Virus record (IMG/VR): IMGVR_UViG_3300027754_000034
Coordinates: 193,206-257,205 of that record
DNA: 64,000 nt
Direction: 5' to 3' (one strand)
The notes under the pieces were generated by a model. It saw only the letters and a program-made list of their open reading frames with translations. It did no database searches and was not told the origin of the DNA. Shown one piece after another: positions 49,218-58,035 of the stretch. The position numbers were made by a program, and so were the translations under genes. Every line of letters begins with the position of its first letter. The stretch's first letter is position 1.

Positions 49218-50648
49218 ATGAATGGAGAAAAACTAGCTAAATATTTAGCTACGTTAGAGCCTGGGTATACGAATAAATCCAGAATAACTTATACTTGTGA
49301 GATGTGTGGTATTCAAAATCACATTATTTTAAAATGCTTTAAAGAAAAAATATCTAAGGGCTCGTTATATTGTAAGAAGTGTTCACTGAAGCAGAAATGG
49401 CAAGATGAAGAATATCGATCTAAAATAAAGAAAAGTCAAGAAATAATATGGAATGAAACTGATACGAAAAATAAAATATCGGAAAAAAGCAAGAAATTGT
49501 GGCAAGATCCCGAATACAAATCTGCTCAGTTAAAAATTCACTCCGACCCCGAATATCTAAAATCAGCTAGAGAACATTCAATAGACAATTGGAAGAGTGT
49601 AGAATTCAGAGAAAACCAACTGAAAACTCGAAATACTCCTGATTTTAAAGCAAAACAGTCACAATCAATGCGTGATTTATGGAATTCTAACAAATATGTA
49701 GAAAAAACCCTTCTGTCCTTATCAAAAAAATTCAGTAGTGACTTTAAATCATCGTTAGAGATCATAACATCTAATATTTTAACTGCTCTTAGTATTTCAT
49801 ATAAAGAGCAGTATGTAGTAGGACCCTATATTTTTGATTTTTATCTTCCCGATTTTAAAGTATATATTGAATGTCAAGGAGAGTATTGGCATTCATTAGA
49901 ATCTGCTGTTAAGCGTGATGCGAGTAAATCTACTTATCTAAGGAAGGCTCATTCTGATAGTAAGTTTTTGTACTTAAATGAGGTAGATTTCTGCAATCCT
50001 ACTTTAATCAAGCAAAAAATTATTAGTATTTGTGGTTCGACTGCCATAACACAGGTTAAGTCGTTCGAATTAAAAAGTGTAGATATTAAGTTAATTAAAA
50101 AGGATGATCGGGATTTTAATTTAGCACATAACTTGTTAACTAGTTTTCATTATGCGGGTTTTGGTAGAGCTGCTAAGGTAATATTTGGAGCATATAAGGA
50201 TAAGGAGCTCATAGCCGTATGTAAGTTTTCACCGCCAATAAGACAGGAAGTGGCCACCTCTTTAGGCATTAGTCCTAAAAATATGCTTGAGCTTGATAGG
50301 TTCTGTATAAAACCAGATAGGCAAATAAAGAATTTTGCTAGTTGGTTTTTATCGAGAGCAGCTAAACTCATTTTTAGTATAGATTCTTCAAAATCTCACT
50401 TGGTGTCTTTTGCTGATAGCACTTACAATCACTTAGGAACTATTTATAAAGCAGCCAATTGGGCGTATGTTGGTGTTGTTTCCCCTGATTATTACTACGT
50501 TAATGGTCAGGGCTGGATATTACACAAAAAGACATTATATAATCAAGCTGTAAGAAATAAAATGAGGGAGTCTGATTATGCTGAAAAGCATCATTATGTA
50601 AAAATATACGGAAAAGAAAAATATAAATTTATTCTTGCTAAGTCTTGA
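49218..50648 (+). CDS. Zn finger + helical repeats + PD-(D/E)xK nuclease + Mom-like GNAT fusion
   Basis: CEMC..CKKC; W-anchored ~20-aa repeats; FDFYLPDFKVYIECQGEYWH; FHYAG...LELDRFCI...SFADSTYNHLGTIYKAANW. Confidence 0.8.
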   Translation: MNGEKLAKYLATLEPGYTNKSRITYTCEMCGIQNHIILKCFKEKISKGSLYCKKCSLKQKWQDEEYRSKIKKSQEIIWNETDTKNKISEKSKKLWQDPEYKSAQLKIHSDPEYLKSAREHSIDNWKSVEFRENQLKTRNTPDFKAKQSQSMRDLWNSNKYVEKTLLSLSKKFSSDFKSSLEIITSNILTALSISYKEQYVVGPYIFDFYLPDFKVYIECQGEYWHSLESAVKRDASKSTYLRKAHSDSKFLYLNEVDFCNPTLIKQKIISICGSTAITQVKSFELKSVDIKLIKKDDRDFNLAHNLLTSFHYAGFGRAAKVIFGAYKDKELIAVCKFSPPIRQEVATSLGISPKNMLELDRFCIKPDRQIKNFASWFLSRAAKLIFSIDSSKSHLVSFADSTYNHLGTIYKAANWAYVGVVSPDYYYVNGQGWILHKKTLYNQAVRNKMRESDYAEKHHYVKIYGKEKYKFILAKS

Positions 50649-50675
50649 CATTGTTATTTAGCTTTTGATTATAAT
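50645..50675 (+). promoter_or_regulatory. Sigma70-like promoter candidate
   Basis: TTGACA-19 nt-TATAAT, 11 nt upstream of ATG 50687; the spacer is long. Confidence 0.35.
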
Positions 50676-50686
50676 ATGGTTTTGTA

Positions 50687-51820
50687 ATGGATAGTCATGG
50701 GTTTGTATTAACAGAAGCTGCTCAATATGCATTTAAATGTCAGGATGTTTATCCTGACATTTTGTCTTTTGCTGCTGCAATCCCAGAACATCTCAAGCCG
50801 ATATTTCTTTTACCCGTTAAGATGGAAGCTATTGTGGCTTCTGAATCTAACTATTTGATAGCTACTCGAATAGCAGCGTGTGCTATGGATGGATCCACCC
50901 CTGAGGGTGATCTTTTTAGTTATCAATCATTCTTATATAATGATATAGAACCTACTATTCCTAATTCATCTCCGGGATCTATTTTCGATATAAGTGACGC
51001 CGATAGTCTTACCCATCATCAAGAGTATAATTTCGATCAAAATATTCAAGTTCCGACTGATACGAGTTATATGTCTGATGTTGATATGACTCAATATTTC
51101 AGTTATCCATATAGAACGGTAGAACAGCCCGTAAGAAAATCCTCACTGAACTCCCATCATGTTGCTTTAATCAGATTAGCACTAAATCCGGATTATTTGG
51201 AAACGAAAACTCCCAGAAAAATAAAGAAAAATGCTGATGAATGCACTGTAATTTTGATAGATTATGATCGGAAGACACGAACTTTTACATTTAATGTGGT
51301 TTGTGGTAGCGATAAAAAAGTAGTAAAAGCCGCTTTATCTGATGTAAGAAATGTTGTACTGGTTTGCAATTGCGAATTCTGGAGATACAATGGTCCTGAT
51401 TACAATGCGAAAACCAACAAATTTTTATTAGGTCCCCCCGTTGGTCGTGCTACTCCCCCAAATATAAGAGATCCTAAGCGACAATATTGGCTTTGTAAGC
51501 ATACGTATGCTGTCATAGTTAGATTAGACGATTTCTTGAAGGACATTTCTTCGGAAAATCTAGAACTTGACGAAAAGTCCTTGTTAAATGTAGTAGATAG
51601 GGAGTATGATAGGTTAGCAGAGAAGACTCTAGTTCCTCTTGAAGATGTCGAGCAGGACGTGGAAGTAGATTGGGAGGGATTTGATGGGCAACAACAAATC
51701 CCTGTTTATTTTGATGAAGATGAGCAGCAACAAACTCCTGTCGATATGGAACAGGATCAACAAGATGTAATCCAACTCACTCAGGATGACGTCCAATTTT
51801 TACAGCAACAGCAAAAATAA
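50687..51820 (+). CDS. Hypothetical protein with SWIM-like Zn finger
   Basis: VCNCEFW...LCKH; acidic/Gln-rich tail. Confidence 0.68.
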   Translation: MDSHGFVLTEAAQYAFKCQDVYPDILSFAAAIPEHLKPIFLLPVKMEAIVASESNYLIATRIAACAMDGSTPEGDLFSYQSFLYNDIEPTIPNSSPGSIFDISDADSLTHHQEYNFDQNIQVPTDTSYMSDVDMTQYFSYPYRTVEQPVRKSSLNSHHVALIRLALNPDYLETKTPRKIKKNADECTVILIDYDRKTRTFTFNVVCGSDKKVVKAALSDVRNVVLVCNCEFWRYNGPDYNAKTNKFLLGPPVGRATPPNIRDPKRQYWLCKHTYAVIVRLDDFLKDISSENLELDEKSLLNVVDREYDRLAEKTLVPLEDVEQDVEVDWEGFDGQQQIPVYFDEDEQQQTPVDMEQDQQDVIQLTQDDVQFLQQQQK

Positions 51821-51843
51821 CTCACTACTTTGTAAAGTAGTAT

Positions 51844-52248
51844 ATGCCTACATATAGTTATAAGTGCACTTCTGATTCATGTGAAAATGTTCAGGAGTGT
51901 GTAGCTTCCATGAAAGAATATAATGTAATCACTCCAGCATGTAAAGAGTGTGGTAGTTTATGTAATTATTTCTATGTGCCTTCGGTTCCCTTGGTTTCAT
52001 TTTTGGACGGTCCTTCGGGCAGTTGGCCATCAAAGGGAAATCGGTTCAAAAAGCACCGAGAAAAGTCTGCTGAAGCCGCTAGCCTAAGGCAAAGAGATAG
52101 ATATGGTGCAGTGGGCGGGGCTGTCCCGAATTTTCAAGGTAAAGATACGGGTACTTGGGCAGAAGCTCAATTTCAGGCTATGAAAGAAAAAGGTGTGGAA
52201 AGTGCTGCTACATATAATGATAAGGTAAAATCCGAAAAGACGAAGTAA
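51844..52248 (+). CDS. FmdB-like zinc-ribbon protein
   Basis: MPTYSYKC....C...CKECG. Confidence 0.75.
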   Translation: MPTYSYKCTSDSCENVQECVASMKEYNVITPACKECGSLCNYFYVPSVPLVSFLDGPSGSWPSKGNRFKKHREKSAEAASLRQRDRYGAVGGAVPNFQGKDTGTWAEAQFQAMKEKGVESAATYNDKVKSEKTK

Positions 52249-52281
52249 CTATTGGTCTTTTATTCAGTCGTCTACATTAAG

Positions 52282-52923
52282 ATGCCGAGAGTATTTTCTT
52301 TAAATCGTCGCAGGAAAAATCTTTTAGATATAGTCATTTCTTCAAAATCTGACGTCGGATCATATCAATTCGCGGTATCAGATAATTTTGATGGAATGTT
52401 TTCGGATTTTCAAGTAGTGCCCAAGGCGGGATACCGTTCTAAAGGTGTAGTAGAAGGATCTCAGTCTTATTCGGGGTTTAGAGGGTTAACCAGATTCCTT
52501 CTAAATCCAGAAGACTACGTGATGTCTTTCCCGGACCTGGATGATACAAAGCCTTTTTGGATTACTGTATCCGAAATTCCTTATGGAGGAGCTGCTGGCG
52601 CTCCTAGTGCACCCCATTTGGTGTTGCCATATAACACCACCCCTAATCTAGGCTTTAATATTTCGGGAAGCGTTTCTGCTACGGTTACTGAAATACAATT
52701 ACCACAATTAGTTTCTAATATTGTAATAGATGTAGTGGGTCCAGATGGTTTAAATTTGGCCTATGAGGAAAATGGAACCGTATTTACTATCCCACTAAAT
52801 GCGGGTCTTGACGTTGAGTATTGGTCAACATTCCACACAACCGGACAGTTATTCTTGTCTAGTACTGGAATGGACACAGAATTCAGTGCTGCTTTCCGAC
52901 TGATGAACAGTTTAGCCTTATAA
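52282..52923 (+). CDS. Putative structural protein
   Basis: Beta-rich, in a late-type cluster. Confidence 0.55.
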   Translation: MPRVFSLNRRRKNLLDIVISSKSDVGSYQFAVSDNFDGMFSDFQVVPKAGYRSKGVVEGSQSYSGFRGLTRFLLNPEDYVMSFPDLDDTKPFWITVSEIPYGGAAGAPSAPHLVLPYNTTPNLGFNISGSVSATVTEIQLPQLVSNIVIDVVGPDGLNLAYEENGTVFTIPLNAGLDVEYWSTFHTTGQLFLSSTGMDTEFSAAFRLMNSLAL

Positions 52924-52952
52924 TACTTTACCAAAATTGGTAGGAGATTTCA

Positions 52953-53507
52953 ATGCCCCTGATTTACATAAGAGTTGTTAATGAACAAGTCATTGACCGG
53001 TCACTTTTAATAGATAAAATTGACAAGAGCCAGGGGAACTTTGAAGGTTATGCTCAGCGTGCAAAACAGGCTGTTTATATCCCTTACGTAAATCCGGATG
53101 ATACTTCTGTAAAGGGGTATTTAAATCTGGTACCTACGGATGAAGTCCTGTTGGCGGCAAATAATGGATCTATAAAGGGTCTTTCAGACGCTAACTACAT
53201 TACTTTCTCTCCTGTAGACGCTTTAGCGATTGCGAAAAGCGTGGTTGTGGCTGCGGCCAACGACGTCATGAACAACTGGACTGACGTGGATGGCTTGACT
53301 TTTACATCTGTTTACCCAGATGACACTCGTCTCCAATTGAAGAATATGGGTGGAACGGTCCAGACAATTACTTCAGGGGACTTTGCAGTGTTTACCGGTA
53401 TAGCTATCCGTGTGTTGGATGCAGTAGTAACTATTGGCGTTCCAGCAGCAGGGTGGCAAGTGAGAGTCCAGGCTAATTCGCTATTTAGCGAGTGGTTCAC
53501 TCTCTGA
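52953..53507 (+). CDS. Putative structural protein
   Basis: RBS AGGAG; elevated GC. Confidence 0.6.
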   Translation: MPLIYIRVVNEQVIDRSLLIDKIDKSQGNFEGYAQRAKQAVYIPYVNPDDTSVKGYLNLVPTDEVLLAANNGSIKGLSDANYITFSPVDALAIAKSVVVAAANDVMNNWTDVDGLTFTSVYPDDTRLQLKNMGGTVQTITSGDFAVFTGIAIRVLDAVVTIGVPAAGWQVRVQANSLFSEWFTL

Positions 53508-53537
53508 TAAGACTTTAGAATAAAGAGGAGCAAACAA

Positions 53538-54338
53538 ATGCGAGTCGGTGCTATCAGAACGGACATTCAAAAGGTTTACTTAGCGGACATTGAGAATCGC
53601 GCTCAGCGTTGCTTCTCTAGCGAGCCGCCAGGGCAGTCTCGTTATCTCGAAAAGCCGTCAGATGACGACTTTAAGAGCGTGTTAGATACGTACGCGTTTT
53701 TGTCGCTGTACGGGTCTAACAATGCGGCTACGGTCAACACGACTGGTGGAAATAACGTTTTTAAGGTTCGCGTTTCAGCGACAGCTGCCTACACGACCAT
53801 TAACGTTACCTCGAATGCTGCTTTAGCTAAAGCTACGATCCGTAATGAGTTGAATGCAGGATTTGAATCTGCCAGCCTTCCGCTAGTTGCTCGTTTAGTG
53901 GGCAATCGCATCATCGTAGATTCAAATGGATCAAATTCCGGTCCGGCTGCTTACATTGGGGTTGATGTTGGTGGCAATTCAACACTCAATCCGATAGTGG
54001 GCTTCACGGCTGGTGCACTCTCTGGGTTATCAGTTACTGCTCTTAAAGCGGCAGTATATGCTGGTGGTACAGTAGATGTTTCGAGCGCCACTATTTTGGC
54101 TCTTTCTACTTTTACCCGTTTGCTTGCTGCAGCTCAGGATGCACTAGTCGGCGGTATAGCAGACTTGGCAGCACCAAGTCTCATTGAGACCGGTCCCGTT
54201 CTCTTGTCCTTCGTTTATGGTAATCTCTCTAAGTACAACTCGGCTGATTTCCAGCCGGGTGGAGACAGAGCAGGTTTAACTGCTGGTGCGGCTGTTGTCT
54301 GCTTAGAAGACGACGGTTCTACTCTTTTCTCAGTCTGA
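53538..54338 (+). CDS. Putative abundant structural protein
   Basis: RBS GAGGAG; Ala/Gly-rich with GC-shifted codons; followed by a strong hairpin. Confidence 0.62.
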   Translation: MRVGAIRTDIQKVYLADIENRAQRCFSSEPPGQSRYLEKPSDDDFKSVLDTYAFLSLYGSNNAATVNTTGGNNVFKVRVSATAAYTTINVTSNAALAKATIRNELNAGFESASLPLVARLVGNRIIVDSNGSNSGPAAYIGVDVGGNSTLNPIVGFTAGALSGLSVTALKAAVYAGGTVDVSSATILALSTFTRLLAAAQDALVGGIADLAAPSLIETGPVLLSFVYGNLSKYNSADFQPGGDRAGLTAGAAVVCLEDDGSTLFSV

Positions 54339-54352
54339 GAGAGCGTAGTATT

Positions 54353-54391
54353 TTATGCCTACCCAGGGTGTGAATCCCCGGGTAGGCATAA
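54353..54391 (+). terminator. Terminator hairpin
   Basis: ttatgcctaccc...gggtaggcataa. Confidence 0.7.
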
Positions 54392-54435
54392 TCGTATTAG
54401 TGGTTCGATGAGTATTGTGTGTTGGAAAATTTAAA

Positions 54436-54669
54436 ATGGAACAAGAAGAATTAGAAACTCATGACATTTATTTGGCGGCTTATCTTAGCATCGCGGGTTG
54501 TGCGCTTAAACGCAGATATCGAACTGGTCCCAGGGTTTATTTTGTATTTGTAAATCCTGCAGGTTCTATAAATGAACTACGTGAATCGTATTATGCTGGT
54601 AGCGCGACTGTAAAAGCCCATGACTTCTCACAAAAAGTGATCGGGATGAAGAATCTTTGCTTTGAATGA
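54436..54669 (+). CDS. Small DUF5659-like protein
   Basis: ETHDIYLAAYL...RVYFVF pattern. Confidence 0.6.
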   Translation: MEQEELETHDIYLAAYLSIAGCALKRRYRTGPRVYFVFVNPAGSINELRESYYAGSATVKAHDFSQKVIGMKNLCFE

Positions 54670-54673
54670 GTGA

Positions 54674-54967
54674 TTATTGACTTGCTATTTGCCGCAATTT
54701 TTTTGGTTTAGATTCGAATATTCCACTATCTAGGTGGGTGGATTCAGCTTTTCCCTGCATCTCGTCTTTTTTGTCACGTATCATATTTGCTAAATAACCG
54801 AGGTTTTCCGTTATTTCAAGTTCTTTAGGTGCAGTCAGTACTCTATGAATTTTATCTAATATTTCGATTAAGTTCTCAGAATACCAAAATTCTTTATTCT
54901 TAGGTATTCCTGACCAATTGAGTTCCTCGATGCCAGCTATTCTGAAGGAGATTTTTCTCAGATTCAT
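54674..54967 (-). CDS. Hypothetical protein with MNLRKISFRIAG leader
   Basis: ATG at 54967; leader matches those of 56446 and 63884. Confidence 0.72.
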   Translation of the reverse strand: MNLRKISFRIAGIEELNWSGIPKNKEFWYSENLIEILDKIHRVLTAPKELEITENLGYLANMIRDKKDEMQGKAESTHLDSGIFESKPKKLRQIASQ

Positions 54968-55020
54968 AATTCTTGCTCTATTCAAGAGCCTTTATTAGAT
55001 TACTAATAATTAATTCAATT

Positions 55021-55404
55021 ATGAGCCGTTTAGTGTCTAGTGGTGTTATAATATACGATCAGATAGTAATAGTTGATCCTCTGAATTCTCAGGATAGAGT
55101 ACTGGATGTCTTAGTCGGTGATTTATCTTTAAATCTTTTTGTTAACAATGTGAAATATAACTGGGATATCTTAGATGGATCATCAGTATTAGATTCAAAT
55201 ATCTCTCCTGGGAGTATTTATTTTAATGAAATTAGTGGATCCCCGGGTTTTTATTCTGTAAGATTCTATCCTGATAAAACTGGCTATTGGTATACATCTT
55301 ACGTATATAGTGTAAACTCGCTTGAAATTGTTAGGGATTATGATTTAGTACCAAGAAATTTCTTCGGGTCTTCTTCTTCTGGCATAGTCGCCAGCTTTAC
55401 TTGA
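55021..55404 (+). CDS. Ig-like structural protein
   Basis: PGFYSVRFYPDKTGYW beta-sandwich pattern. Confidence 0.6.
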   Translation: MSRLVSSGVIIYDQIVIVDPLNSQDRVLDVLVGDLSLNLFVNNVKYNWDILDGSSVLDSNISPGSIYFNEISGSPGFYSVRFYPDKTGYWYTSYVYSVNSLEIVRDYDLVPRNFFGSSSSGIVASFT

Positions 55405-55405
55405 T

Positions 55406-56089
55406 ATGACCGTAGTTTATAAGAATCAGCAGCTTAGTGTAGGCGAGATAAGCTTGCAGCTACAGAATGCTGAAGGGCAAATCATTAATGTCAATTCCGT
55501 CACATACTCTATTTATGCGTTAGATGGGAAATTAGTTTCGGGAAAATCTTTACCAGCCATTTTGGCTGTTGATGGAAAATACTATATTCCTTGGGAATCC
55601 AATATACCAAATGGTACTTATAAAATTTTGTGGGAAATCAATACAAATGGCATCCAGATAGAAATCAAAGAATCATATATTTTTGTGTTAGATAAGGCGG
55701 CTTATCCTAAATCTCCTTCAAGTGTCTGTTGTATTCTGCCTTCTAGTATACCTAATCCATTATCAAAAGTCTTTATATCAGGAACAACATTAGGTCCTGA
55801 AGATTTAAATATGTACTTGAACGATTCAATAACAGGTCTTTTCATCGACCCTTATTCAATATATTGGACGATATTTAACTGTCGCGGTTGTATCGAAACC
55901 CGGAAAACTGTTGGGTCTAAATACGCTGTTGGTAAATTTTACGCCCCGTACACCGTAATGGGTCCGACTGCTGAATATGATATAGTATGGGAATTTAAAG
56001 AGAATGTGAATTCACCTCTGATGTCAAAAACTCAGAGATTCTCAGTGTTAAATACTACAAACCTAAAATTTAAAGAGTGTGACTGTTAA
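55406..56089 (+). CDS. Structural protein with two related Ig-like domains
   Basis: GKYY..W..GTYKILWE repeated as GKFYAP....AEYDIVWE. Confidence 0.62.
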   Translation: MTVVYKNQQLSVGEISLQLQNAEGQIINVNSVTYSIYALDGKLVSGKSLPAILAVDGKYYIPWESNIPNGTYKILWEINTNGIQIEIKESYIFVLDKAAYPKSPSSVCCILPSSIPNPLSKVFISGTTLGPEDLNMYLNDSITGLFIDPYSIYWTIFNCRGCIETRKTVGSKYAVGKFYAPYTVMGPTAEYDIVWEFKENVNSPLMSKTQRFSVLNTTNLKFKECDC

Positions 56090-56446
56090 CGTTTATCAAA
56101 CAGTTTCTTGGTCTTTCTGGTCTCTCTGTCTACTGTAGTGTTTCTATCGAGATCTGCTTCCTCGGAGAGGAGGTTAGCCATGTCCTCGGCTTCATTTTCA
56201 TCATCATCATCAGTTTCAGGTGCTGGTTTTTCATACTCTCTAAAGAAATAATCTAATCTTTTATCTAGTATGGTAAGGTTATCAACCTATTGTTTCCGGG
56301 TCTTTACCTGATAAAGCACCCGACATACCCCAAGCCACGAGATTAGAAGTCTCTGTTTTCCAAAAATCAGGATTTTTAGGTAAGTTATCGAATTTAGGTA
56401 TTAAATCTAATGATGCGATCCGAGTAGCTATCCTTTTAAGATTCAT
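56086..56446 (-). pseudogene. Leader-bearing gene (MNLKRIATRIAS...) broken by a one-base insertion at about 56286
   Basis: ATG 56446 to TAA 56086 spans 361 nt (120 codons + 1). Removing one G in ACA-ATA-G-GTT-GAT restores a 119-aa ORF. Not in the supplied ORF track. Confidence 0.68.
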
Positions 56447-56480
56447 AAATAATCATTAAAATTTCGGATTAAAACCACAA

Positions 56481-56825
56481 TTATCGCAAGTTCATGAATT
56501 TTCTAATTCTTGGAGCTTCTGTATGATCTAGTAACGAATCAAAATTATCACGCTTTATGTATGTGTCTATGATATCATATATGAAACCTTCCTTAGACCG
56601 TGTCTTCCTAAAATCGTAAGATTCAAAGAAAGAGTAGAGGCACACTACTTTTTCTGATATTATGCGACTGAGTATTAATGCTTCCAGATTGATTGATTCT
56701 CCCTCGCTATAACTTCCATATACTGGGCCTCTGAATACCGGAACTGATTTCTTGATGGAGTCGAAAAACTCTATCATTAATGGTTCTGGGTGTCGGATTT
56801 CGCTAATATAATGAATCTTGCGCAT
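56481..56825 (-). CDS. Hypothetical protein
   Basis: 114 aa. Confidence 0.55.
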   Translation of the reverse strand: MRKIHYISEIRHPEPLMIEFFDSIKKSVPVFRGPVYGSYSEGESINLEALILSRIISEKVVCLYSFFESYDFRKTRSKEGFIYDIIDTYIKRDNFDSLLDHTEAPRIRKFMNLR

Positions 56826-56976
56826 GATGTTTCTATTTAATTAATAAGCAAAAAAGACTTGCACGAATTTCGAATAGATTACTATATGACATACATGGTT
56901 CCTGTGTGTGTGAATCTAGTGCAACACTAGTGATTGTACCAAATATACATTAAGCCTGTTTTCGGTATTTTTCTTT

Positions 56977-57888
56977 ATGAGTGGTGTTGTATTTAAAAGA
57001 AATCAACAATTAAGTAGAACGAGTGGTTTATCTTTATTTCTTAAGGGCCAGGATAGGACTTCTAAAAATGCTGCCCAACTATTTTACGATATATTCGATT
57101 TTACTACTGGTATTGAAGTATTACTTCCACCTGCTAATCGAGTACCACAAAACCCTACGGTAGGTGAGTATTACGCTGATTTTACGGTGCCTATTGATGC
57201 GAATATAGGAGATTACCGAATTCGGTGGAAGGCTCGAGAATATTTAAATTCCCCAGTAGTGAACATATTGCAAGAATTTGCGATAGTTTCTGACCCTACT
57301 CAATTGGTAAGTTTGCCAGGTGCCTCTAATAATCAGTTAGATATGATAAAGAGCCTTAGGATATTGTTGCGAGATAATAATCCAGCAAGAAACTATCACT
57401 TCTTGCCTCCGTCTGGCGAAGAAAGCGTTAACCAGATGAATAGAATATTCGGATATATATGGGAGGATCCAGAGCTTCTTGAGTACCTCCGCGTGTCTTT
57501 AGACATCATAAACATGTATCCGCCTCGGACTTTCTATGCGACTTTGGATCAACTAATGCAACAGAATGCAGGGTGGAGGTCTTTAGTGCTAACTGGTGCT
57601 ATGGTATATTCACTACAAGCATTAAGTCTGAACTGGGTGGCAGACGAGTTTGCCTACTCAATAGGCGGCGTTTCCCTTGATTTAGAAAAATCATCCAAGT
57701 ATTCATCCATGGCTGATGCAATAGATGGACGATTTAAAGAGATGTTATCCGCTGATACTGGAGCTAAAGCTACCGTTAAAATCATTCGCGGTATACAACA
57801 GTCAAAATATGGGATAGGAATAAGGTCATCATTTGGTCCATCAGTAGGCCGTGGTGCTCTTACCCCTCGACGGTTTATTGGAATGTGA
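56977..57888 (+). CDS. Putative head-completion / neck protein
   Basis: N-terminal Ig-like domain; C-terminal adaptor-like DPELLEYL...EFAYSIGGVSLDLEKSSKY. Confidence 0.55.
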   Translation: MSGVVFKRNQQLSRTSGLSLFLKGQDRTSKNAAQLFYDIFDFTTGIEVLLPPANRVPQNPTVGEYYADFTVPIDANIGDYRIRWKAREYLNSPVVNILQEFAIVSDPTQLVSLPGASNNQLDMIKSLRILLRDNNPARNYHFLPPSGEESVNQMNRIFGYIWEDPELLEYLRVSLDIINMYPPRTFYATLDQLMQQNAGWRSLVLTGAMVYSLQALSLNWVADEFAYSIGGVSLDLEKSSKYSSMADAIDGRFKEMLSADTGAKATVKIIRGIQQSKYGIGIRSSFGPSVGRGALTPRRFIGM

Positions 57889-57955
57889 TTAAATATATAC
57901 TGTCATTAGAGAATATTTAGTATTGTTTTGATTAGTACTGATTTCTTCTTCCGGT

Positions 57956-57992
57956 TCATGGTCCTAAATATAATACATATTTAGGACCATGA
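57956..57992. terminator. 16-bp-stem inverted repeat upstream of the fourth nuclease-Mom gene
   Basis: tcatggtcctaaatat-aatac-atatttaggaccatga. Confidence 0.6.
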
Positions 57993-58035
57993 TGTGTACT
58001 AATTCCAATTTATAGTCCAAATTGTATAGTAATTT

